Below are positions 15,001-29,540 of a stretch of DNA of 64,000 nt, piece after piece. A program made the translations under genes and the position numbers. This stretch comes from Eledone cirrhosa (taxonomy: Eukaryota), in assembly GCA_964016885.1 (NCBI GenBank), contig OZ024742.1, forward strand, positions 370,574,001 through 370,638,000, in the 5' to 3' direction. The notes beneath the pieces were generated by a model. The model saw nothing but the letters and a program-made list of their open reading frames with translations, did not search any database and was not told the DNA's origin. Each line of letters opens with the position of its first letter. The first letter of the stretch is position 1.

Positions 15001-18000
15001 AAGCACTCAGTCAATACTGTAAAGTGGTCATGTAAGTGTCACGACAAAAACGACCCAGTCCACACTGTAAAGTTGTCATGTAGGTGTCACAATAAAAAGC
15101 ACCCAGTCCACAGTGTAAAGTGGTCATGTAGGTGTCCCAATAAAAAAGTACCCAGTCCACACTGTAAAGTAGTCATGTAGATGTCACAATAAAAAGTACC
15201 CAGTCCACACAGTAAAGTAGTCATGTAGGTGTCACAATAAAATGTGCCCAGTCCACACTGTAAAGAGGACATGTAGGTGTCACAATAAAAAGCACCCAGT
15301 CGACACTGTAAAGTGGTCATGTAGGTGTCACAATAAAAAGCGCCCCGTCCACACTGTAAAGTGGTTATGTAGGTGTCATGACAAAAAATATCCAGTCCAC
15401 ACTGTAAAGTGGTCATGTAGGTGTCACGACAAAATGTACCCAGTCCACACTGTAAACTGGTCATGTAGGTGTCACAATCAAAGTACCCAGCCCACACTGT
15501 AAAGTGGTCATGTAGGTCTCACAATAAAAACTACCCAGTCCACACTGTGAAGTGGTCATGTAGGTGTCACAATAAAAAGCACCCAGTCCACACAGTAAAG
15601 TGGCCATGTAGGTGTCATAAGAAAAAGCACCCAGTTCACACTGTAAAGTGGTCATATCAGTGTCAGCAACAAAAGTACCCAGTCCACACTGTGAAGTGGT
15701 CATGTTGGTGTCACAATTAAAAGCACCCAGCCCACAGTGTAAAGTGATCATGTAGGTGTCACAATAAAAAGCACCCAGTCCACACTGTAAAGTATTTGTG
15801 TAGGTGTCACAATAAAATGTGCCCAGTCCACACTGTAAAGTGGTCATGTAGGTTTCACAATAAAAGTACCCAGTTCCACACCGTTAAGTGGCCATATAGG
15901 TGTCATAAGAAAAAGCACCCAGTCCACACTATAAAGTAGTCGTGTAGGTGTCATGACAAAAAGCACCCAGTCCACACTGTAAAGTGATCATGTAGGTTTC
16001 ACAATAAAAAGCACCCAGTCCACACTGTAAAGTTGTCAGGTAGGTGTCACGACAAAAAGTACCCAGTCCACACTGTGAAGTGGTGTGTAGGTTTCACAAT
16101 AGAAAGCACCCAGTCCACACTGTAAAGTAGTCGTGTAGGTGTCATGACAAAAAGCACCCAGTCCACACTGTAAAATGACCATGTAGGTGTCACAATAAAA
16201 ATACCCAGTCCACACTGTAAAGTGATCATGTAGGTTTCACAATAAAAAGCACCCAGTCCACACTGTAAAGTGGTCATGTAGGTGTCACAATAAAAAAGTA
16301 CCCAGTCTACACTGTAACGTGGTCATGTAGATGTCATGACAGAAAGTATCCAGTCCATACTGTAAAGTGGTCTTGTACGTGTCACAATAAAAAGCACTCA
16401 GTCCACACTGTAAAGTGGTCATGTAAGTGTCACGACAAAAACTACCCAGTCCACACTGTAAAGTGGTCATGTAGGTGTCACAATAAAAAATACTCAGCCC
16501 ACACTGTAAAGTAGTCATGTAGATGTCACAATAAAAAGTAGCCAGTCCACACAGTAAAGTAGTCATGTAGGTGTCACAATGAAATGTGCCTAGTCCACAC
16601 TGTAAAGAGGTCATGTAGGTGTCAGAACAAAAAGTACCCAGTCGACACTGTAAAGTGGTCATGTAGGTGTCATGACAAAAAGTACCCAGTCCACATTGTA
16701 AAGTGGTCATGTAGGTGACACAATAAAAAGCACACAGTCCTCACTGTAAAGTGGTCATGTAGGTGTCACAATAAAAAGTACCCAGTCCACACTGTAAAGT
16801 GGTCATGTAGGTGTCACAATAAAATGCACCCTGTCCACAATGTGAAGTGGTCATGTAGGTGTCATGACAAAAATCACCCAGTTCACACTGTAAAGCGGTC
16901 ATGTAGGTGTCACAATAAAACCACCCAGTCCACACTGTAAAGTAGTCGTGTAGGTGTCATGATAAAAAGCACCCAGACCACACTGTAAAGTGATCTTGTA
17001 GGTGTCACAATAAAAATACCCAGTCCACACTGTAAAGTGGTCATGTAGGTGTCACAATAAAAAGTTCCCAGTCCATACTGTAAAGTGGTCATGTAGGTGT
17101 CACAATAAAAAGCACCGAGTCCACACTGTAAACTGGTCATGTAGGTGTCACAACCAAAAGTACCCAGCCCACACTGTAAAGTGTTCATGTAGATGTCACA
17201 ATAAAAACTAGCCAGTCCACACTGTGAAGTGGTCATGTAGGTGTCACAATAAAAAGCACCCAGTCCACACAGTAAAGTGGCCATGTAGGTGTCATAAGAA
17301 AAAGCACCCAGTCCACATTGTAAAGTGGTCATATCAGTGTCACCAACAAAAGTACCCAGTCCACACTGTGAAGTGGTCTTGTTGGTGGCACAACAAAAAG
17401 CACCCAGCCCACAGTGTAAAGTTATCATGTATGTGTCACAATAAAAAGCACCCTGTCCACACTGTAAAGTATTCGTGTAGGTGTCACAATAAAATGTGCA
17501 TAGTCCACACTGTAAAGTGGTCATGTAGGTGTCACAATAAAAGTACCCAGTTCCACACTGTTAAGTGGCCATATAGGTGTCATAAGAAAAAGCACCCAGT
17601 CCACACTGTAAAGTAGTCATGTAGGTGTCACAATAAAAAGCACCCAGTCCACACTGTAAAGTAGTCATGTAGGTGTCATGACAAAAAGCACCCAGTCCAC
17701 ACTGTAAAGTGATCATGTAGGTGTCACACTAAAGATACCCAGTCCACACTGGAAAGTGATCATGTAGGTTTCACAATAAAAAGCACCCAGTCCACACTGT
17801 AAAGTTGTCAGGTAGGTGTCACGACAAAAAGTACCCAGTCCACACTGTAAAGTGGTGTGTAGGTGTCACAATAAAAGGCACCCTGTCCACACTGTAAAGT
17901 AGTCATGTAGGTGTCATGACAAAAAGCACCCAGTCCACACTGTAAAATGATAATGTAGGTGTCACAATAAAAATACCCAGTCCACACTGTAAAGTGATCA

Positions 18001-21000
18001 TGTAGGTTTCACAATAAAAAGCACCCAGTCCACACTGTAAAGTGGTCATGTAGGTGTCACAATAAAAAGTACCCAGTCCACACTGTAACATGGTCATGTA
18101 GATGTCATGACAGAAAGTATCCAGTCCACACTGTAAAGTGGTTTTGTACGTGTCACAATAAAAAGCACTCAGTCCATACTGTAAAGTGGTCATGTATGTG
18201 TCACAATAAAAATTACCCAGTGCACACTGTAAAGTGGTAATGTAGGTGTCACAATAAAAGCACCCAGTCCACACTGTAAACTGGTCATGTAGGTGTCACA
18301 ATAAAAAATACCCAGCAAACACTGTAAAGTGGTCATGTAGGTGTCATAAGAAAAATCACCCAATCCACACTGTAAAGTGGTCATATCAGTGTCACCATCA
18401 AAAGTACCCAGTCCATACTGTAAAGTGGTAATGTAGGTGTCACAATAAAAAGCACCCACATCCACACTGTAAACTGGTCATGTAGGTGTCACAATAAAAA
18501 GTACCCAGCCCACACTGTAAAGTGGTCATGTAGGTGTCACAATAAAAACTACCCAGTCCACACTGTTAAGTGGCCATATAGGTGTCATAAGAAAAAGCAC
18601 CCAGTCCACACTGTAAAGTAGTCATGTAGGTGTGATGACAAAAACACCCAGTCCACACTGTAAAGTAGTCATGTAGGTGTCACAATAAAAAGTACCCAGT
18701 CCACACTGTAATGTGGTCATGTAAGTGTCACAACAACAAGTACCCAGTCCAGACTGTAAAGTGGTCATGTAGGTATCACAATAAAAAGCACCCAGTCCAC
18801 ACTGTAAAGTGATCATGTAGGTGTCACAATAAAAAGCACCCAGTCCACACTGTAAAGTGATCATGTAGGTGTCACAATAAAATGTACCCAGTCCACACTG
18901 TAGAGTGGTCATGTAAGTGTCACAACAAAAAGTACCCAGTCCACACTGTAAAGTGATCATGTAGGTGTCACAATAAAAACTACCCAGTTAAGTGGCCATA
19001 TAGGTGTCATAAGAAAAAGCACCCAGTCCACACTGTAAAGTGGTCATGTAAGTGTCACAACAACAAGTACCCAGTGCAGACTGTAAAGTGGTCATGTAGG
19101 TATCACAATAAAAAGCACCCAGTCCACACTGTAGAGTGGTCATGTAAGTGTCACAACAAAAAGTACCCAGTCCACACTGTAAAGTGGTCATGTAGGTGTC
19201 ACAATAAAATCACCCAGACCACACTGTATAGTAGTCATGTAGGTGTCACGACAAAAGGTACCCAGTCCACACTGTAAAGTGGTCATGTAGGTGTCACAAT
19301 ATAAAAAGTACCTAGTCCACACTGTAAAGTGGTCATGTAGGTTTAATGACAAAAAGTACCCAGCCCACACTGTAAAGTGGCCATGTAGGTGTCATAAGAA
19401 AAATCACCCAGTCCACACTGTAAAGTGGTCATGTTGGTGTCACGACAAAAAGTACCCAGTCCACACTGTAAAGTGGCCATGTAGGTGTCATAAGAAAAAG
19501 CACCCAGTCCACACTGTAAAGTAGTTGTGTAGGTGTCACAATAAAAAAGTACCCAGTCTACACTGTAACGTGGTCATGTAGATGTCATGACAGAAAGTAT
19601 CCAGTCCATACTGTAAAGTGGTCTTGTACGTGTCACAATAAAAAGCACTCAGTCCATACTGTAAAGTGGTCATGTAAGTGTCACGACAAAAACTACCCAG
19701 TCCACACTGTAAAGTGGTCATGTAGGTGTCACAATAAAAAATACTCAGCCCACACTGTAAAGTAGTCATGTAGATGTCACAATAAAAAGTAGCCAGTCCA
19801 CACAGTAAAGTAGTCATGTAGGTGTCACAATAAAATGTGCCCAGTCCACACTGTAAAGAGGTCATGTAGGTGTCAGAACAAAAAGTACCCAGTCGACACT
19901 GTAAAGTGGTCATGTAGGTGTCATGACAAAAAGTACCCAGTCCACATTGTAAAGTGGTCATGTAGGTGACACAATAAAAAGCACACAGTCCTCACTGTAA
20001 AGTGGTCATGTAGGTGTCACAATAAAAAGTACCCAGTCCACACTGTAAAGTGGTCATGTAGGTGTCACAATAAAATGCACCCTGTCCACAATGTGAAGTG
20101 GTCATGTAGGTGTCATGACAAAAATCACCCAGTTCACACTGTAAAGCGGTCATGTAGGTGTCACAATAAAACCACCCAGTCCACACTGTAAAGTAGTCGT
20201 GTAGGTGTCATGATAAAAAGCACCCAGACCACACTGTAAAGTGATCTTGTAGGTGTCACAATAAAAATACCCAGTCCACACTGTAAAGTGGTCATGTAGG
20301 TGTCACAATCAAAAGTTCCCAGTCCACACTGTAAAGTGGTCATGTAGGTGTCACAATAAAAAGCACCCAGTCCACACTGTAAAGTGGTCATGTTGGTGTC
20401 ATAAGAAAAAGCACCCAGTCCACACTGTAAAGTGGTCATGTCGGTGTCACAATCAAATGTACCCAGTCCACACTGTAAAGTTGTCATGTAGGTGTCACAA
20501 TAAAAGTACCCAGTCCACACTGTTAAGTGGCCATATAGGTTTCATAAGAAAAAGCACACAGCCCACACTGTAAAGTAGTCGTGTAGTTGTCATGACAAAA
20601 AGCACCCAGTCCACACAGTAAAGTGGTCATGTAGGTGTCACAATGAAAAGCACCCAGTCCGCACTGTAAAGTAGTCGTGTAGGTGTCATGACAAAAAGCA
20701 CCTAGTCCACACTGTAAAGTGATCATGTAGGTGTCACAATAAAAATACCCAGTCCACACTGTAAAGTGATCATGTAGGTTTCACAATAAAAAGCACCCAG
20801 TCCACACTGTAAAGTTGTCAGGTAGGTGTCAGGACAAAAAGTACCCAGTCCACACTGTAAAGTGGTGTGTAGGTGTCACAATAAAAGGCACCCTGTCCAC
20901 ACTGTAAAGTAGTCATGTAGGTGTCATGACAAAAAGCACCCAGTCCACACTGTAAAGTGATCATGTAGGTTTCACAATAAAAAGCACCCAGTCCACACAG

Positions 21001-24000
21001 TAAAGTGGCCATGTAGGTGTTATAAGAAAAAGCACCCAGTCCACATTGTAAAGTGGTCATATCAGTGTCACCAACAAAAGTACCCAGTCCACACTGTGAA
21101 GTGGTCATGTTGGTCTCACAATAAAAAGCACCCAGCCCACAATGTAGAGTTATCATGTATGTGTCACAATAAAGAGTACCCAGTCCACACTGTAAAGCAT
21201 TCGTGTAGGTGTCACAATAAAATGTGCCCAGTCCACACTGTAAAGAGGTCATGTTAGTGTCACAACAAAAAGTACCCAGTCGACACTGTAAAGTGGTCAT
21301 GTAGGTGTCACAATAAAAGTACCCAGTTCCACACTGTTAAGTGGCCATATAGGTGTCATAAGAAAAAGCGCCCAGTCCACACTGTAAAATGATAATGTAG
21401 GTGTCACAATTAAAATACCCAGTCCACACTGTAAAGCGATCATGTAGGTTTCACAATAAAAAGCACCCAGTCCACACTGTAAATTGGTCATGTAGGTGTC
21501 ACAATAAGAAGTACCCAATCCACACTGTAACGTGGTCATGTAGATGTCATGACAGAAAGTATCCAGTCCATACTGTAAAGTGGTCTTGTACGTGTCACAA
21601 TAAAAAGCACTCAGTCAATACTGTAAAGTGGTCATGTAAGTGTCACGACAAAAACGACCCATTCCACACTGTAAAGTTGTCATGTAGGTGTCACAATAAA
21701 AAGCACCCAGTCCACAGTGTAAAGTGGTCATGTAGGTGTCCCAATAAAAAAGTACCCAGTCCACACTGTAAAGTAGTCATGTAGATGTCACAATAAAAAG
21801 TACCCAGTCCACACAGTAAAGTAGTCATGTAGGTGTCACAATAAAATGTGCCCAGTCCACACTGTAAAGAGGACATGTAGGTGTCACAATAAAAAGCACC
21901 CAGTCGACACTGTAAAGTGGTCATGTAGGTGTCACAATAAAAAGCGCCCCGTCCACACTGTAAAGTGGTTATGTAGGTGTCATGACAAAAAATATCCAGT
22001 CCACACTGTAAAGTGGTCATGTAGGTGTCACGACAAAATGTACCCAGTCCACACTGTAAACTGGTCATGTAGGTGTCACAATCAAAGTACCCAGCCCACA
22101 CTGTAAAGTGGTCATGTAGGTCTCACAATAAAAACTACCCAGTCCACACTGTGAAGTGGTCATGTAGGTGTCACAATAAAAAGCACCCAGTCCACACAGT
22201 AAAGTGGCCATGTAGGTGTCATAAGAAAAAGCACCCAGTTCACACTGTAAAGTGGTCATATCAGTGTCAGCAACAAAAGTACCCAGTCCACACTGTGAAG
22301 TGGTCATGTTGGTGTCACAATTAAAAGCACCCAGCCCACAGTGTAAAGTGATCATGTAGGTGTCACAATAAAAAGCACCCAGTCCACACTGTAAAGTATT
22401 TGTGTAGGTGTCACAATAAAATGTGCCCAGTCCACACTGTAAAGTGGTCATGTAGGTTTCACAATAAAAGTACCCAGTTCCACACCGTTAAGTGGCCATA
22501 TAGGTGTCATAAGAAAAAGCACCCAGTCCACACTGTAAAGTAGTCGTGTAGGTGTCATGACAAAAAGCACCCAGTACACACTGTAAAGTGATCATGTAGG
22601 TTTCACAATAAAAAGCACCCAGTCCACACTGTAAAGTTGTCAGGTAGTTGTCACGACAAAAAGTACCCAGTCCACACTGTGAAGTGGTGTGTAGGTTTCA
22701 CAATAGAAAGCACCCAGTCCACACTGTAAAGTAGTCGTGTAGGTGTCATGACAAAAAGCACCCAGTCCACACTGTAAAATGACCATGTAGGTGTCACAAT
22801 AAAAATACCCAGTCCACACTGTAAAGTGATCATGTAGGTTTCACAATAAAAAGCACCCAGTCCACACTGTAAAGTGGTCATGTAGGTGTCACAATAAAAA
22901 AGTACCCAGTCTACACTGTAACGTGGTCATGTAGATGTCATGACAGAAAGTATCCAGTCCATACTGTAAAGTGGTCTTGTACGTGTCACAATAAAAAGCA
23001 CTCAGTCCATACTGTAAAGTGGTCATGTAAGTGTCACGACAAAAACTACCCAGTCCACACTGTAAAGTGGTCATGTAGGTGTCACAATAAAAAATACTCA
23101 GCCCACACTGTAAAGTAGTCATGTAGATGTCACAATAAAAAGTAGCCAGTCCACACAGTAAAGTAGTCATGTAGGTGTCACAATAAAATGTGCCCAGTCC
23201 ACACTGTAAAGAGGTCATGTAGGTGTCAGAACAAAAAGTACCCAGTCGACACTGTAAAGTGGTCATGTAGGTGTCATGACAAAAAGTACCCAGTCCACAT
23301 TGTAAAGTGGTCATGTAGGTGACACAATAAAAAGCACACAGTCCTCACTGTAAAGTGGTCATGTAGGTGTCACAATAAAAAGTACCCAGTCCACACTGTA
23401 AAGTGGTCATGTAGGTGTCACAATAAAATGCACCCTGTCCACACTGTAAACTGGTCATGTAGGTGTCACAACCAAAAGTACCCAGCCCACACTGTAAAGT
23501 GTTCATGTAGATGTCACAATAAAAACTACCCAGTCCACACTGTGAAGTGGTCATGTAGGTGTCACAATAAAAAGCACCCAGTCCACACAGTAAAGTGGCC
23601 ATGTAGGTGTCATAAGAAAAAGCACCCAGTCCACATTGTAAAGTGGTCATATCAGTGTCACCAACAAAAGTACCCAGTCCACACTGTGAAGTGGTCTTGT
23701 TGGTGGCACAACAAAAAGCACCCAGCCCACAGTGTAAAGTTATCATGTATGTGTCACAATAAAAAGCACCCTGTCCACACTGTAAAGTATTCGTGTAGGT
23801 GTCACAATAAAATGTGCCCAGTCCACACTGTAAAGTGGTCATGTAGGTGTCACAATAAAAGTACCCAGTTCCACACTGTTAAGTGGCCATATAGGTGTCA
23901 TAAGAAAAAGCACCCAGTCCACACTGTAAAGTAGTCATGTAGGTGTCACAATAAAAAGCACCCAGTCCACACTGTAAAGTAGTCATGTAGGTGTCATGAC

Positions 24001-27000
24001 AAAAAGCACCCAGTCCACACTGTAAAGTGATCATGTAGGTGTCACACTAAAGATACCCAGTCCACACTGGAAAGTGATCATGTAGGTTTCACAATAAAAA
24101 GCACCCAGTCCACACTGTAAAGTTGTCAGGTAGGTGTCACGACAAAAAGTACCCAGTCCACACTGTAAAGTGGTGTGTAGGTGTCACAATAAAAGGCACC
24201 CTGTCCACACTGTAAAGTAGTCATGTAGGTGTCATGACAAAAAGCACCCAGTCCACACTGTAAAATGATAATGTAGGTGTCACAATAAAAATACCCAGTC
24301 CACACTGTAAAGTGATCATGTAGGTTTCACAATAAAAAGCACCCAGTCCACACTGTAAAGTGGTCATGTAGGTGTCACAATAAAAAGTACCCAGTCCACA
24401 CTGTAACGTGGTCATGTAGATGTCATGACAGAAAGTATCCAGTCCACACTGTAAAGTGGTTTTGTACGTGTCACAATAAAAAGCACTCAGTCCATACTGT
24501 AAAGTGGTCATGTATGTGTCACAATAAAAATTACCCAGTGCACACTGTAAAGTGGTAATGTAGGTGTCACAATAAAAGCACCCAGTCCACACTGTAAACT
24601 GGTCATGTAGGTGTCACAATAAAAAATACCCAGCAAACACTGTAAAGTGGTCATGTAGGTGTCATAAGAAAAATCACCCAATCCACACTGTAAAGTGGTC
24701 ATATCAGTGTCACCATCAAAAGTACCCAGTCCATACTGTAAAGTGGTAATGTAGGTGTCACAATAAAAACTACCCAGTCCACACTGTTAAGTGGCCATAT
24801 AGGTGTCATAAGAAAAAGCACCCAGTCCACACTGTAAAGTAGTCATGTAGGTGTGATGACAAAAACACCCAGTCCACACTGTAAAGTAGTCATGTAGGTG
24901 TCACAATAAAAAGTACCCAGCCCACACTGTAAAGTGGTCATGTAGGTGTCACAATAAAAACTACCCAGTCCACACTGTTAAGTGGCCATATAGGTGTCAT
25001 AAGAAAAAGCACCCAGTCCACACTGTAAAGTAGTCATGTAGGTGTGATGACAAAAACACCCAGTCCACACTGTAAAGTAGTCATGTAGGTGTCACAATAA
25101 AAAGTACCCAGTCCACACTGTAATGTGGTCATGTAAGTGTCACAACAACAAGTACCCAGTCCAGACTGTAAAGTGGTCATGTAGGTATCACAATAAAAAG
25201 CACCCAGTCCACACTGTAAAGTGATCATGTAGGTGTCACAATAAAAAGCACCCAGTCCACACTGTAAAGTGATCATGTAGGTGTCACAATAAAATGTACC
25301 CAGTCCACACTGTAGAGTGGTCATGTAAGTGTCACAACAAAAAGTACCCAGTCCATACTGTAAAGTGGTCATGTAGGTGTCACAATAAAAACTACCCAGT
25401 CCACACTGTTAAGTGGCCATATAGGTGTCATAAGAAAAAGCACCCAGTCCACACTGTAAAGTGGTCATGTAAGTGTCACAACAACAAGTACCCAGTCCAG
25501 ACTGTAAAGTGGTCATGTAGGTATCACAATAAAAAGCACCCAGTCCACACTGTAGAGTGGTCATGTAAGTGTCACAACAAAAAGTACCCAGTCCACACTG
25601 TAAAGTGGTCATGTAGGTGTCACATTAAAATCACCCAGACCACACTGTATAGTAGTCATGTAGGTGTCACGACAAAAGGTACCCAGTCCACACTGTAAAG
25701 TGGTCATGTAGGTGTCACAATATAAAAAGTACCTAGTCCACACTGTAAAGTGGTCATGTAGGTTTAATGACAAAAAGTACCCAGCCCACACTGTAAAGTG
25801 GCCATGTAGGTGTCATAAGAAAAATCACCCAGTCCACACTGTAAAGTGGTCATGTTGGTGTCACGACAAAAAGTACCCAGTCCACACTGTAAAGTGGCCA
25901 TGTAGGTGTCATAAGAAAAAGCACCCAGTCCACACTGTAAAGTAGTTGTGTAGGTGTCACAATAAAAAAGTACCCAGTCTACACTGTAACGTGGTCATGT
26001 AGATGTCATGACAGAAAGTATCCAGTCCATACTGTAAAGTGGTCTTGTACGTGTCACAATAAAAAGCACTCAGTCCATACTGTAAAGTGGTCATGTAAGT
26101 GTCACGACAAAAACTACCCAGTCCACACTGTAAAGTGGTCATGTAGGTGTCACAATAAAAAATACTCAGCCCACACTGTAAAGTAGTCATGTAGATGTCA
26201 CAATAAAAAGTAGCCAGTCCACACAGTAAAGTAGTCATGTAGGTGTCACAATAAAATGTGCCCAGTCCACACTGTAAAGAGGTCATGTAGGTGTCAGAAC
26301 AAAAAGTACCCAGTCGACACTGTAAAGTGGTCATGTAGGTGTCATGACAAAAAGTACCCAGTCCACATTGTAAAGTGGTCATGTAGGTGACACAATAAAA
26401 AGCACACAGTCCTCACTGTAAAGTGGTCATGTAGGTGTCACAATAAAAAGTACCCAGTCCACACTGTAAAGTGGTCATGTAGGTGTCACAATAAAATGCA
26501 CCCTGTCCACAATGTGAAGTGGTCATGTAGGTGTCATGACAAAAATCACCCAGTTCACACTGTAAAGCGGTCATGTAGGTGTCACAATAAAACCACCCAG
26601 TCCACACTGTAAAGTAGTCGTGTAGGTGTCATGATAAAAAGCACCCAGACCACACTGTAAAGTGATCTTGTAGGTGTCACAATAAAAATACCCAGTCCAC
26701 ACTGTAAAGTGGTCATGTAGGTGTCACAATAAAAAGTTCCCAGTCCACACTGTAAAGTGGTCATGTAGGTGTCACAATAAAAAGCACCGAGTCCACACTG
26801 TAAACTGGTCATGTAGGTGTCACAACCAAAAGTACCCAGCCCACACTGTAAAGTGTTCATGTAGATGTCACAATAAAAACTACCCAGTCCACACTGTGAA
26901 GTGGTCATGTAGGTGTCACAATAAAAAGCACCCAGTCCACACAGTAAAGTGGTCTTGTTGGTGGCACAACAAAAAGCACCCAGCCCACAGTGTAAAGTTA

Positions 27001-29540
27001 TCATGTATGTGTCACAATAAAAAGCACCCTGTCCACACTGTAAAGTATTCGTGTAGGTGTCACAATAAAATGTGCCCAGTCCACACTGTAAAGTGGTCAT
27101 GTAGGTGTCACAATAAAAGTACCCAGTTCCACACTGTTAAGTGGCCATATAGGTGTCATAAGAAAAAGCACCCAGTCCACACTGTAAAGTAGTCATGTAG
27201 GTGTCACAATAAAAAGCACCCAGTCCACACTGTAAAGTAGTCATGTAGGTGTCATGACAAAAAGCACCCAGTCCACACTGTAAAGTGATCATGTAGGTGT
27301 CACACTAAAGATACCCAGTCCACACTGGAAAGTGATCATGTAGGTTTCACAATAAAAAGCACCCAGTCCACACTGTAAAGTTGTCAGGTAGGTGTCACGA
27401 CAAAAAGTACCCAGTCCACACTGTAAAGTGGTGTGTAGGTGTCACAATAAAAGGCACCCTGTCCACACTGTAAAGTAGTCATGTAGGTGTCATGACAAAA
27501 AGCACCCAGTCCACACTGTAAAATGATAATGTAGGTGTCACAATAAAAATACCCAGTCCACACTGTAAAGTGATCATGTAGGTTTCACAATAAAAAGCAC
27601 CCAGTCCACACTGTAAAGTGGTCATGTAGGTGTCACAATAAAAAGTACCCAGTCCACACTGTAACGTGGTCATGTAGATGTCATGACAGAAAGTATCCAG
27701 TCCACACTGTAAAGTGGTTTTGTACGTGTCACAATAAAAAGCACTCAGTCCATACTGTAAAGTGGTCATGTATGTGTCACAATAAAAATTACCCAGTGCA
27801 CACTGTAAAGTGGTAATGTAGGTGTCACAATAAAAGCACCCAGTCCACACTGTAAACTGGTCATGTAGGTGTCACAATAAAAAATACCCAGCAAACACTG
27901 TAAAGTGGTCATGTAGGTGTCATAAGAAAAATCACCCAATCCACACTGTAAAGTGGTCATATCAGTGTCACCATCAAAAGTACCCAGTCCATACTGTATA
28001 GTGGTAATGTAGGTGTCACAATAAAAAGCACCCACATCCACACTGTAAACTGGTCATGTAGGTGTCACAATAAAAAGTACCCAGCCCACACTGTAAAGTG
28101 GTCATGTAGGTGTCACAATAAAAACTACCCAGTCCACACTGTTAAGTGGCCATATAGGTGTCATAAGAAAAAGCACCCAGTCCACACTGTAAAGTAGTCA
28201 TGTAGGTGTGATGACAAAAACACCCAGTCCACACTGTAAAGTAGTCATGTAGGTGTCACAATAAAAAGTACCCAGTCCACACTGTAATGTGGTCATGTAA
28301 GTGTCACAACAACAAGTACCCAGTCCAGACTGTAAAGTGGTCATGTAGGTATCACAATAAAAAGCACCCAGTCCACACTGTAAAGTGATCATGTAGGTGT
28401 CACAATAAAATGTACCCAGTCCACACTGTAGAGTGGTCATGTAAGTGTCACAACAAAAATTACCCAGTCCACACTGTAAAGTGGTCATGTAGGTGTCACA
28501 ATAAAAACTACCCAGTCCACACTGTTAAGTGGCCATATAGGTGTCATAAGAAAAAGCACCCAGTCCACACTGTAAAGTGGTCATGTATGTGTCACAACAA
28601 CAAGTACCCAGTCCAGACTGTAAAGTGGTCATGTAGGTATCACAATAAAAAGCACCCAGTCCACACTGTAGAGTGGTCATGTAAGTGTCACAACAAAAAG
28701 TACCCAGTCCACACTGTAAAGTGGTCATGTAGGTGTCACAATAAAATCACCCAGACCACACTGTATAGTAGTCATGTAGGTGTCACGACAAAAGGTACTC
28801 AGTCCACACTGTAAAGTGGTCATGTAGGTGTCACAATATAAAAAGTACCTAGTCCACACTGTAAAGTGGTCATGTAGGTTTAATGACAAAAAGTACCCAG
28901 CCCACACTGTAAAGTGGCCATGTAGGTGTCATAAGAAAAATCACCCAGTCCACACTGTAAAGTGGTCATGTTGGTGTCACGACAAAAAGTACCCAGTCCA
29001 CACTGTAAAGTGGCCATGTAGGTGTCATAAGAAAAAGCACCCAGTCCACACTGTAAAGTAGTTGTGTAGGTGTCATGACAAAAAGCACCCAGTCCACACT
29101 GTAAAGTGGTCATGTAAGTGTCACAACAAAAAGCACCCAGTCCACACTGTAAAGTAGTCGTGTAGGTGTCATGACAAAAATCACCAAGTCCACACTGTAA
29201 AGTGGTCATGTAGGTGTCACAATAAAATGTACCCAGTCCACACTGTAAAGTGGTCATGTAGGTTTCACAATAAAAAGCACCCTGTCCACACTGTATAGTT
29301 GTCATGTAGGTGTCACGACAAAAAGTACCCAGTCCACACTGTAAAGTGGTCATGTAGGTGTCACAATAAAAGGCACACAGTCCACACTGTAAAGTAGTCG
29401 TGTAGGTGTCATGATAAAAATCTCCCTGTCCACACTGTAAAGTGGTCATGTATGTGTCACAACAAAAATTTCCCAATCCACACTGTAAAGTGTTTGTGTA
29501 GGTCTCACAACGAAAAGCACCTAGTTCACACTGTAAATGT
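1..29540 (+). repeat. 48-bp satellite array (about 615 monomers, open at the window's left edge), consensus GTCCACACTGTAAAGTGGTCATGTAGGTGTCACAATAAAAAGCACCCA
   Basis: Continuous head-to-tail ~48-bp units with occasional 1-2 bp indels; 16-aa periodicity in the ORF track; recurring blocks of variant monomers. Confidence 0.98.

Noticed and set aside
124-29476. Cys-rich (MTTLQCGLGAFYCDTY)n and His/Lys-rich ORFs resembling metallothionein or keratin-associated proteins
   Set aside because: The 48-bp unit is divisible by 3; frequent frameshifts and stops; no unique N- or C-terminus; the monomer is explained by the RTE 3' UTR.
1-29540. CRISPR-like appearance (constant plus variable segments)
   Set aside because: Variable parts are point variants of one sequence, not unique spacers; no cas genes; eukaryotic TE context.
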